From Candidatus Aenigmatarchaeota archaeon (GTDB taxonomy: Archaea > Aenigmatarchaeota > Aenigmatarchaeia > PWEA01): a stretch of DNA of 64,000 nucleotides. The translations under genes were made by a program, and so were the position numbers. This document shows positions 36,791 to 44,570 of the stretch, one piece after another (position 1 is the first letter of the stretch; each line of letters opens with the position of its first letter). The notes beneath the pieces are model-generated. The model did no database searches. It was not told the origin of the DNA and saw nothing but the letters and a program-made list of their open reading frames with translations. The DNA is taken from the NCBI GenBank assembly GCA_046539325.1, contig JBKHHD010000003.1:843-64842 (forward strand). The letters are read 5' to 3'.

Positions 36791-36816
36791 GGTGTCTTCG
36801 GGCCGACACCTTTTTT
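36791..36816 (+). terminator. Hairpin followed by a T6 run
   Basis: GGTGTC-TTCGGGCC-GACACC, then TTTTTT. Confidence 0.4.
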
Positions 36817-36898
36817 GATATCTGTAACTATTTACTCTGGTTTAACAAATTGTTAAATTAATTTTAAGTTACTACAACGAAAGACTTATTTTGATACA

Positions 36899-37321
36899 AT
36901 GTCATTTGAAGTAGAAACCCACAAAGTTTTGTTCTCGACATCAGAAAAGGACGAAGTAAAAAATCTCACCAAAGAGATACAGAAGAAAGTAAAGGAGTCC
37001 GATGTAAATGACGGAATTTGTCTTTTGTTTGCTCCACATGCCACAGGAGTTCTAATTCTGAATGAAGACGAAGGAGGAATCAAGGACGACTACCTGAAAG
37101 GCCTATATGAACTAGCTCCCGAAGACAACAACTGGAATCATGATCGAATAGACAACAACGCCCATTCACATGTCAAGAGCGCTATCGTCGGGACAGACAG
37201 AGTTGTTCCGATTACAGAAGGAAGCCTTGACCTCGGTACCTGGCAGGACGTCTTTTTTGTAGAAACGGACGGTCCGAGAAGTGAAAGAAGAATTATACTG
37301 AAGTTGATGGGAAAGGCCTAA
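36899..37321 (+). CDS. yjbQ: YjbQ/UPF0047-family protein (secondary thiamine-phosphate synthase-like)
   Basis: CLLFAPHATGVLILNEDE, NAHSHVKSAIVG, GSLDLGTWQDVFFVETDGPRSERRI. Confidence 0.85.
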   Translation: MSFEVETHKVLFSTSEKDEVKNLTKEIQKKVKESDVNDGICLLFAPHATGVLILNEDEGGIKDDYLKGLYELAPEDNNWNHDRIDNNAHSHVKSAIVGTDRVVPITEGSLDLGTWQDVFFVETDGPRSERRIILKLMGKA

Positions 37322-37327
37322 ACCAAT

Positions 37328-37762
37328 TCAGAGCTCTGATTTCTCGGAACGCTTCGGAGAATCTACAGGAGCAACTTCAACTTCATCGGCTTCAGCCATA
37401 CTTCCCTCTAGCTCCGTTCCTGTCAGATTAAGTGTTCGGGCATGTCCGGAAGTAAGGGAACTGTTCTCAAGTTCCAACGACTCGACGACATCACCATGGA
37501 CTGTAACTACAAAGCCATCGATATCGCTTCGGCCCGAATTTCTAACTGCAAGGGTATCGTTTTCTTTATCGGTGCTTATTATTTCGATATCAGTAAAAAT
37601 AGTTCCAACCGGATCTTCATTCTCTATCTCTCCACCCCAGTCCTCGGCGATATCCATAAAGAAAGTAGAAGCTATCGCTGCCACAGCTATGACGAATGCA
37701 ATGAGTATTACAGCAGCTATAAGCGGAGAGATTCCCTTGGTCTCTTTACAGCTAACAATCAT
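37328..37762 (-). CDS. Archaeal type IV pilin-like protein (class III signal peptide)
   Basis: KGISPLIAAVILIAFVIAVAAIA matches the [K/R]G followed by (I/V)SP(L/V)IA prepilin motif. Confidence 0.7.
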   Translation of the reverse strand: MIVSCKETKGISPLIAAVILIAFVIAVAAIASTFFMDIAEDWGGEIENEDPVGTIFTDIEIISTDKENDTLAVRNSGRSDIDGFVVTVHGDVVESLELENSSLTSGHARTLNLTGTELEGSMAEADEVEVAPVDSPKRSEKSEL

Positions 37763-37935
37763 CGTTCAATACATCGGTTTCAATATAAAAAAGGTTTAAG
37801 CCCTCAAATAACCAAAACCTATTTAAGTGTTGGGACTCCTACTACCAGAGAGAAAAAAAGAAGGTTAACAAGGGAGGGTATAAAAGATACTTTTTCTTGT
37901 CTTCACTCGATAACGAATTTAGGAGGTAATTTACA

Positions 37936-39063
37936 ATGGAAGACTTTAGAGATTTCAATCTATCAAACCAGATTTTAAAATCTATACAGGACAAGGATTT
38001 CGACAGTCCTACACAAATACAAGAAAAGGCTATTCCGCCGATAATGGAAGGTAAAGATGTTATAGCTGGCTCCGCAACGGGGTCAGGGAAAACCCTTGCT
38101 TTCGCTGCCGGACTAGTGGAGAACGTGGATCCAAAGGAAGACGTAATACAGGGTCTTGTTCTCGCACCTACAAGAGAGCTAGCGAAACAGGTTAGCGACA
38201 TGGTAGACGACTTCTCCAGACATCATGAATACGATATAGCGACTATACACGGAGGAGTTGCATACGATCCACAGTATAGAGCCCTAAGCAAAGCTGAGAT
38301 AGTGGTGGCTACGCCAGGAAGACTCCTTGACCTTATAGGTAAGGGAAGGGTAGACCTTTCGAACGTGAACACGTTCGTTCTGGACGAAGCTGACAGGATG
38401 CTGGACATGGGGTTCATAGACGACGTTGAGGAGATAATGCAGGAAACACCAGAGGAAAAGCAGACTATCTTTACTTCCGCTACCATCAAAGGCGAGATTT
38501 TGAAGCTAGCAGACAGGTACATGGATGATCCAGTGAAAACTTTCGCGGAAAGGAAGGTAGATCCAGAAAAACTTGAACAGGTCTACTACGATATTCCTGG
38601 CCATCTCAAGCTATCGCTTTTGGTTCATCTGTTAGACGAAGAGGAAACAGACCTTTCGATGGTCTTCTGTAATACAAGGAGAACTGTTGAGTTTGTGGAG
38701 AGGAACTTGAAGAAACAAGGGATAAAAGCACAGGCGATCCACGGCGGCTTCTCACAAAACCAGAGGGATAAAGCTATGGAGAAGTTCGAAGAAGGGGGCA
38801 TCGATGTTCTAGTGTGCACGGACGTAGCCGCAAGAGGGTTGGACATAGACAACATTTCACACATCTACAACTTCGACATACCAAACGACAGTAAGCAGTA
38901 TATGCATAGAATTGGAAGGACGGCAAGAGCTGGCGAGGAAGGTAAAGCAATAAATCTTCTCGAGAAAGACCAGCACAAGGACTTTCGAAGAGTGTTGAAG
39001 GACAACAGCGTTAACGTAAACAAGGCAGAAACACCTTACGTCGAAAAGGTAAATGTTGAGTAG
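37936..39063 (+). CDS. DEAD-box ATP-dependent RNA helicase
   Basis: Q-motif region. AGSATGSGKTLAF, PTRELA, DEADRMLDMGF, SAT, HRIGRTARAG. Confidence 0.9.
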   Translation: MEDFRDFNLSNQILKSIQDKDFDSPTQIQEKAIPPIMEGKDVIAGSATGSGKTLAFAAGLVENVDPKEDVIQGLVLAPTRELAKQVSDMVDDFSRHHEYDIATIHGGVAYDPQYRALSKAEIVVATPGRLLDLIGKGRVDLSNVNTFVLDEADRMLDMGFIDDVEEIMQETPEEKQTIFTSATIKGEILKLADRYMDDPVKTFAERKVDPEKLEQVYYDIPGHLKLSLLVHLLDEEETDLSMVFCNTRRTVEFVERNLKKQGIKAQAIHGGFSQNQRDKAMEKFEEGGIDVLVCTDVAARGLDIDNISHIYNFDIPNDSKQYMHRIGRTARAGEEGKAINLLEKDQHKDFRRVLKDNSVNVNKAETPYVEKVNVE

Positions 39064-39071
39064 CTGATCAA

Positions 39072-40178
39072 TTAGTCCAGAAATTCCTTCAACTTTTCCA
39101 AACTTCTCATCTTTTCCTTTTTTCCTATATCCGCTTTCTCCAAAGCCTGTCTGAGGAACTCTATGGACTTATCGTACTCTTCTCTATCCACAGGCCTCGG
39201 GTAGCCGTCCTTGCCGCCGTGGGCATAGCTATACTTCGCGGGATCATCCCAGTCGTTCTCTGAGCCGTGTACCAGCTGCGCTATCAAGGCCAGGGCTCTG
39301 AGCGACTTCTTTCCTATGCCTTCCGTTTCAACCAGCTCCTCGTAACCTTTCGGCTGCTTCTGGTAGGCCTTTTCCAAGTTATCCAAAGTCCTCTCGGTCA
39401 CCTCAGAAATCTCTACTTCGTGGTGCGCAGGCATATCCAGTTTTCTCCTGCTCGCATCGGCGTAGTTGAACACAGACCTCTGATTTTTTGGCTTTAGATA
39501 TCTCTCAAGGTGTCCTGGACCGTCGTTGACCAGATCCACGGAAACCTTTCTCGTCTCGTCGGAGAGGCCAGAGGTAAGGTTGAGGACCCTATCCTCTCTC
39601 TGCTGAGCTGAAATTCCCTCGTGTGGTTCCTCGACAAACTTTTCCACGTTGTCGGAAAGCCAGTGGTAGCGGCGCGCATACTTGTTCCCAGGGTTCATAC
39701 CCTGCTGTATCACTGTCCACTGTCCACTTTCGGCGAAGAGGAGGACATGGTGGTAGAGGTTGTGTGAGTCCTGTACACAGTTTGAATCGACCTTTGCTGA
39801 AAGCTTACTCGTATCGGCGAGCTTCTCCAGGGTAGAAAGGTTGCATATATCCGAACTAAGAATTTCTTCAGGTGCCTTTCTGGATGTCTTTCCCTTTCCA
39901 CCGACCGCCTTAACACCGTGCTCCTCCTCGTCCAGAGCTTCCTTCAGAGCGCCTGTAAGCGTTGTAGTCAGACCTGAAGAATGCCAGTCGAATCCAACCA
40001 CACATCCCAAGGATTGGAACCAGTAGGGATCCGAAAGTCTACGGAGAAGTTCTTCCTGCGAGTACTCGTGTATTATGACCTCCGAGATCGCACCCGTTAG
40101 CTTCTCCATTCTTTTGAATAGCCAGCGAGGGGCCTTCCCGCCGTGCAGTGGAAGGTCCGCAGACCCAGTTTTCTCCAT
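39072..40178 (-). CDS. Conserved archaeal hypothetical protein (DUF763-like)
   Basis: LPLHGGKAPRWLFKRMEKLTGAI N-terminal motif. The internal ATG at 40178 follows GGAGGT. The ORF-track start is at 40211. Confidence 0.45.
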   Translation of the reverse strand: MEKTGSADLPLHGGKAPRWLFKRMEKLTGAISEVIIHEYSQEELLRRLSDPYWFQSLGCVVGFDWHSSGLTTTLTGALKEALDEEEHGVKAVGGKGKTSRKAPEEILSSDICNLSTLEKLADTSKLSAKVDSNCVQDSHNLYHHVLLFAESGQWTVIQQGMNPGNKYARRYHWLSDNVEKFVEEPHEGISAQQREDRVLNLTSGLSDETRKVSVDLVNDGPGHLERYLKPKNQRSVFNYADASRRKLDMPAHHEVEISEVTERTLDNLEKAYQKQPKGYEELVETEGIGKKSLRALALIAQLVHGSENDWDDPAKYSYAHGGKDGYPRPVDREEYDKSIEFLRQALEKADIGKKEKMRSLEKLKEFLD

Positions 40179-40332
40179 AATTACCTCCACGTTTAAGTTT
40201 ACCTTTAACAAATATTAGCTTGGTGGTTACCTGAACACAAAGGAATGTAAGAGGCAGATTGTACACTTCTCAGGAGCTCTCCTCGCAGCCGTTGCATTTT
40301 TCCTCAGTAAAGAGGTAACTGGAATCCTTGCT

Positions 40333-40839
40333 TTGTCCATAGCGACCTTTCTACTTTTTCTTTCATGGTGGATAAGGAACAAAGACAGAATAAGAGAAAA
40401 GCTCCCCCGAAGGCTTGAAGACTGGGAAAAAATAGAGGACGAAACCTACAGGTTCATAAACTCCTTTGAAAGGGATCAAGATCTCGAGGAAAGGCCTTAT
40501 ACCGGAGCTATAATTTTCATGATCGCAGTTGGATTCACATTTCTAGTCTTTCCTGAGACGGCTGCAATACTTGCTGTCCTTATACTCTCAATAAGCGACT
40601 CTGCTTCTACACTTGTAGGAATACACCTTGGCGAGTCAAATCTCCCGCACAACAGAGATAAGAGCTTTGAGGGCTCCTCTGCATTCTTTCTGACCGCTAC
40701 TGTAATGGCGTTTTTGTTTACGTCGCCACTTAACTCCGTTCTGATAGCTCTAGGAGGCGCCTTTGCAGAGTCTCTGCCTCACATCGACGACAATTTTTCC
40801 GTACCGATAACTGTAGCAGTTCTATTCATTCTTTTGTAG
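40333..40839 (+). CDS. Polyprenol/dolichol kinase-like (CTP-transferase-1 family) membrane protein. Start uncertain
   Basis: SISDSASTLVGIHLG resembles the conserved kinase loop. Multi-TM. The frame opens at 40219 with hydrophobic residues, but the only start candidate is the TTG at 40333. Confidence 0.45.
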   Translation: MSIATFLLFLSWWIRNKDRIREKLPRRLEDWEKIEDETYRFINSFERDQDLEERPYTGAIIFMIAVGFTFLVFPETAAILAVLILSISDSASTLVGIHLGESNLPHNRDKSFEGSSAFFLTATVMAFLFTSPLNSVLIALGGAFAESLPHIDDNFSVPITVAVLFILL

Positions 40840-40860
40840 AAGTATTTTTTTTCTAAACTA

Positions 40861-41652
40861 CTACAAGATATCTTCAAGAACAGCTTCTATCTTCTCGAAG
40901 TCTTGTAAGGTACACTGGTAAACTCTCTTATCAGGAAGGCTTCCCTCCAAATCCTTTATTTCTTCTTCGTCCAAGTCCAGGAAGTGCGCCGAATCCTCAA
41001 GTGAGTTCTTGACCAGCTTTCTCTTGTGGTGGAACGCGGCCTTAACTATCTTCCAGAAGTCAGTGCTCTTTTCCTCCACATCCTTCTTCCTCAGTCTGAC
41101 AACGGCGGAGTCAGTAACAGGTTCTGGATAGAACTTGTCGGAAGGTATGACCTTGACTAGTTCCGTGTCGCAGCGGTAGTTGACCTTCAACGACATACGC
41201 GAGTTATTCATAGTTCCGGGCTCGCCTGTAAGCCTTTCAGCGAACTCCTTCTGATAGATAAGAACTGCAAGGTCCCAGTCCAGGTTTAGAAGTTTGAAGG
41301 TCAGAGGCGTGGAGACGGAGTAGGGAAGGTTTGAAACAATCTTGTTGAACTCGAGATTCTTTAGATGTGTCGCCATGACGTCCCTCTGTAGTACAGTTAT
41401 ATTCTCTATTTCAAGATGCCTAAGAACCGCAGCCAGCTTACCGTCCTTCTCTATAGCTGTAACTGGACAGTTTTGGGCTATATACCTGGTAAGGTTGCCG
41501 ATGCCGGCGCCTATCTCCAGAACTCTGTCCTCGTCCTTCAGATTTGCAAGTTCTACAACTTCCTTCTGCGTCTCTTCGTCCTCTATAAATATCTGATCCT
41601 GATGTTCCTTGGGCTTGAGGTTATACCTTCTGAGAACTTTTTTGACGTTCAT
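40861..41652 (-). CDS. ksgA: 16S rRNA (adenine1518/1519-N6)-dimethyltransferase KsgA/Dim1
   Basis: SAM motif VLEIGAGIGNLT. VVSNLPYSVSTPL. Confidence 0.9.
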   Translation of the reverse strand: MNVKKVLRRYNLKPKEHQDQIFIEDEETQKEVVELANLKDEDRVLEIGAGIGNLTRYIAQNCPVTAIEKDGKLAAVLRHLEIENITVLQRDVMATHLKNLEFNKIVSNLPYSVSTPLTFKLLNLDWDLAVLIYQKEFAERLTGEPGTMNNSRMSLKVNYRCDTELVKVIPSDKFYPEPVTDSAVVRLRKKDVEEKSTDFWKIVKAAFHHKRKLVKNSLEDSAHFLDLDEEEIKDLEGSLPDKRVYQCTLQDFEKIEAVLEDIL

Positions 41653-41708
41653 AGTGACGCACCTTAAATATATTTATAACTTCCAAATTAAAATAGTTTG
41701 ACTTATTG

Positions 41709-41785
41709 GGCTGGTGGTGTAGCCTGGACTAGCATCGGGGCTTTGGGAGCCTCAGACCCGAGTTCAAATCTCGGCCGGCCCACCA
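41709..41785 (+). tRNA. tRNA-Pro (anticodon TGG). CCA encoded
   Basis: Acceptor GGGCTGG/CCGGCCC. D-arm GTGT-AGCCTGGACTA-GCAT. Anticodon arm GGGGC-TTTGGGA-GCCTC. T-arm CCGAG-TTCAAAT-CTCGG. Confidence 0.9.
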
Positions 41786-41837
41786 TTACTCTTCTAAAAC
41801 TTGCCTGCAGCGCATCGATCTCATACAGGCGAAACCT

Positions 41838-41847
41838 TTAAATAACC
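41838..41847 (+). promoter_or_regulatory. TATA box for ppdK (leaderless spacing)
   Basis: CTTTAAATAA lies 28 nt upstream of the ATG at 41875. Confidence 0.45.
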
Positions 41848-41874
41848 GTAGATATATTACCAACGCTGGTATCC

Positions 41875-44496
41875 ATGACACAATATGTATACTCTTTTGA
41901 CGAAGGCGGTGCTGACATGAAAAACCTCTTAGGTGGAAAAGGTTCTAATCTAGCTGAAATGACAACCATAGGCCTCAACGTGCCTCCAGGCTTTACGGTG
42001 ACTACGGAAGCCTGTGTGAAGTATCTGGACGAAGGAGAGCTTACCAGAGAGATGGAGGAGCAGATGAAGGAGTACATGGAAGAGCTCGAAGAGGAAATGA
42101 GACAGGAGTTCGGCGATCCCGAAGATCCGCTTCTTGTTTCCGTAAGGTCAGGTGCTGCCGTCTCTATGCCTGGTATGATGGATACCATTCTGAATCTTGG
42201 ATTGAACGACAAAACCGTTAAAGGACTTATAGAAAAAACGGACGAGAGGTTTGCCTACGACAGCTACAGGCGCTTCGTGAACATGTTTGGTGAGGTTGTG
42301 AGAGGAATACCTCACAGGAAGTTTGAGGAGAAGATGGACGAAGTTAAGGAGAAGAGAGGCGCAGACAAGGACGTAGACCTGGACGCGGAAGGAATGAAGG
42401 AAGTAGTAGAAAAGTACAAAGAACTTGTCGGCGATATACCTTCAGACCCATGGGAGCAGCTTCTTGAAGCTACAAAGGCCGTATTTGCTTCCTGGGACAA
42501 CGATAGGGCCGTAAGATGGAGAAATATTCAAGGTCTCCCACACGATATGGGAACCGCAGTCAACGTCCAGACTATGGTCTACGGAAACACAGGCAAGAAC
42601 TCAGGAAGCGGTGTTGCATTTACAAGAAATCCATCAACAGGAGAAAACGAGATCTACGGTGAGTTCCTGAGAAACGCGCAGGGAGAGGACGTCGTAGCTG
42701 GAATTCGAACACCTCTGGACATTTCTGAGTTAAAAGACCTCTGGCCGGAAGTTTACGAGGAACTGGAAGAAGTCTGCAGAATTCTCGAGGACAAGTACAA
42801 GGACATGCAGGACCTCGAGTTCACGATCGAAGACAAGGAGCTATACATCCTTCAAACAAGGACAGGTAAAAGAACACCTAACGCCGCAGTGAAGATAGCT
42901 CACGACATGTGTGAAGAAGGAATAATCAGCAAGGAAGTTGCCTTGCTGAGAGTAGAAGGCGATCAGGTGGAAAAAATATTACATAAAAGGATAGATCCCG
43001 AAGCAGACCTTGACGAGATGACCCAGGGCATCAACGCCTCACCGGGAGCGGCTTCAGGTAGGGTCGTATTCGACACGGACGAAGCAGAAAGAAGGGGCAA
43101 CGACGGTGAGGACGTTGTTCTCGTCAGGCCTGAGACGACACCTGAAGACATTCACGGGCTTGCAGCTGCACAGGGAGTTCTCACGAGCAGAGGTGGGATG
43201 ACAAGCCATGCAGCCGTTGTCGCAAGAGGAATGGGCAAACCCTGTGTCGCAGGTGCAGAAAAGATAGACATAAGCCTTGAAGACGAGTACTTTGAGGTCA
43301 ACGGAAAGAGAATAGAAAAGGACGATACAATCACTATAGACGGAACAACAGGCGATGTTATCGAAGGCGAAGCTCCACTGATAGAACCGGAGTTCACCGA
43401 GGAGTTCAAAAAACTGCTCAAATGGGCCGACGATATAAGAAAGATGGGTGTCAGAGCAAATGCAGACACACCCGAGGACACGAAGCAAGCTGTGGAGTTC
43501 GGAGCAGAAGGTGTAGGCCTCTGCAGAACGGAGCACATGTTCTTCGAGCCCGAAAGGCTTGAGGTCATGCAGGAGCTGATAATTTCTGATGACAAAGATG
43601 AAAGAAAGAAAGCTCTGGACAAACTCATGCCAATGCAGAAGGAGGACTTCAAGGGACTGTTCAAAGCCATAGGTGGCAGACCGCTGATAATCAGACTTCT
43701 CGATCCACCGCTCCACGAGTTCGCTCCTACGGAAGAGGAAAGACAGAAAGAGCTCGCGGAAAAGCTCGACATGACCAAGGAAGAGATAGCAACTAAGGTC
43801 GAAAGACTGGACGAGGAAAATCCGATGCTTGGCCATAGAGGTTGCAGGCTCGGAATAACCTTCCCCGAGATCTACAGAATGCAGGTTCGCGCGATTCTCG
43901 AGGCAGCTTCTGAAGTCAAGAACGAAGGTCAAAAGGTCAAACCCAAGATAATGGTTCCGCTTGTAGGAAACGTAAAAGAGCTGGAGAACGTCAAGGAAGA
44001 AGTAGTCGAGGAAGTAGAGGAAGAGGTCTTCGGAGACAAGGAAGAAGTAGACTACGAAGTAGGAACTATGATAGAGATTCCGAGGGCAGCCGTTACCGCT
44101 GACGAAATAGCAGAGGAAGCGGAGTTCTTCTCCTTCGGAACAAACGACCTTACACAGATGGGCCTTGGCTTCAGCAGAGACGACGCAGGAACCTTCATAC
44201 CGAACTACATCGACAAGGGAATTCTCGACGAGGATCCGTTCCAGGTGCTTGATCAAGATGGCATCGGACAGCTAGTCGAGATGGCTACAGAGAAGGGAAG
44301 AAATACTAAGAAAGACCTTTCCGTGGGAATCTGTGGTGAGCACGGTGGAGAGCCTTCATCTGTCAAGTTCTGTTACAAGGCAGGATTGGACTACGTGAGC
44401 TGCTCTCCCTACAGGGTACCGGTGGCGAGGATAGCAGCAGCACAGGTAGTGATAGATGAAGAAATGGAAGTAGACGAAGGTGTCGAAGGGTATTAA
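41875..44496 (+). CDS. ppdK: Pyruvate, phosphate dikinase
   Basis: N-terminal LLGGKGSNLAEM. Phospho-His GGMTSHAAVVARGMGKPCV. C-terminal NDLTQMGLGFSRDD and GICGEHGG. 873 aa. Confidence 0.9.
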   Translation: MTQYVYSFDEGGADMKNLLGGKGSNLAEMTTIGLNVPPGFTVTTEACVKYLDEGELTREMEEQMKEYMEELEEEMRQEFGDPEDPLLVSVRSGAAVSMPGMMDTILNLGLNDKTVKGLIEKTDERFAYDSYRRFVNMFGEVVRGIPHRKFEEKMDEVKEKRGADKDVDLDAEGMKEVVEKYKELVGDIPSDPWEQLLEATKAVFASWDNDRAVRWRNIQGLPHDMGTAVNVQTMVYGNTGKNSGSGVAFTRNPSTGENEIYGEFLRNAQGEDVVAGIRTPLDISELKDLWPEVYEELEEVCRILEDKYKDMQDLEFTIEDKELYILQTRTGKRTPNAAVKIAHDMCEEGIISKEVALLRVEGDQVEKILHKRIDPEADLDEMTQGINASPGAASGRVVFDTDEAERRGNDGEDVVLVRPETTPEDIHGLAAAQGVLTSRGGMTSHAAVVARGMGKPCVAGAEKIDISLEDEYFEVNGKRIEKDDTITIDGTTGDVIEGEAPLIEPEFTEEFKKLLKWADDIRKMGVRANADTPEDTKQAVEFGAEGVGLCRTEHMFFEPERLEVMQELIISDDKDERKKALDKLMPMQKEDFKGLFKAIGGRPLIIRLLDPPLHEFAPTEEERQKELAEKLDMTKEEIATKVERLDEENPMLGHRGCRLGITFPEIYRMQVRAILEAASEVKNEGQKVKPKIMVPLVGNVKELENVKEEVVEEVEEEVFGDKEEVDYEVGTMIEIPRAAVTADEIAEEAEFFSFGTNDLTQMGLGFSRDDAGTFIPNYIDKGILDEDPFQVLDQDGIGQLVEMATEKGRNTKKDLSVGICGEHGGEPSSVKFCYKAGLDYVSCSPYRVPVARIAAAQVVIDEEMEVDEGVEGY

Positions 44497-44570
44497 ACTC
44501 CCTATCCTCTTTATTTTTATTCTCCTCCTCCTTTATTCTTAAATAGTTTCAGTCGTAAGTATTGAGGACA

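Noticed and set aside
43054-44256. 400-aa ORF on the minus strand (and 43152..43778) inside ppdK
   Set aside because: Antisense to a confidently identified PPDK. Composition is F/L/S/C-rich, unlike the acidic proteome. Long antisense frames here are a by-product of GAn-rich sense codons
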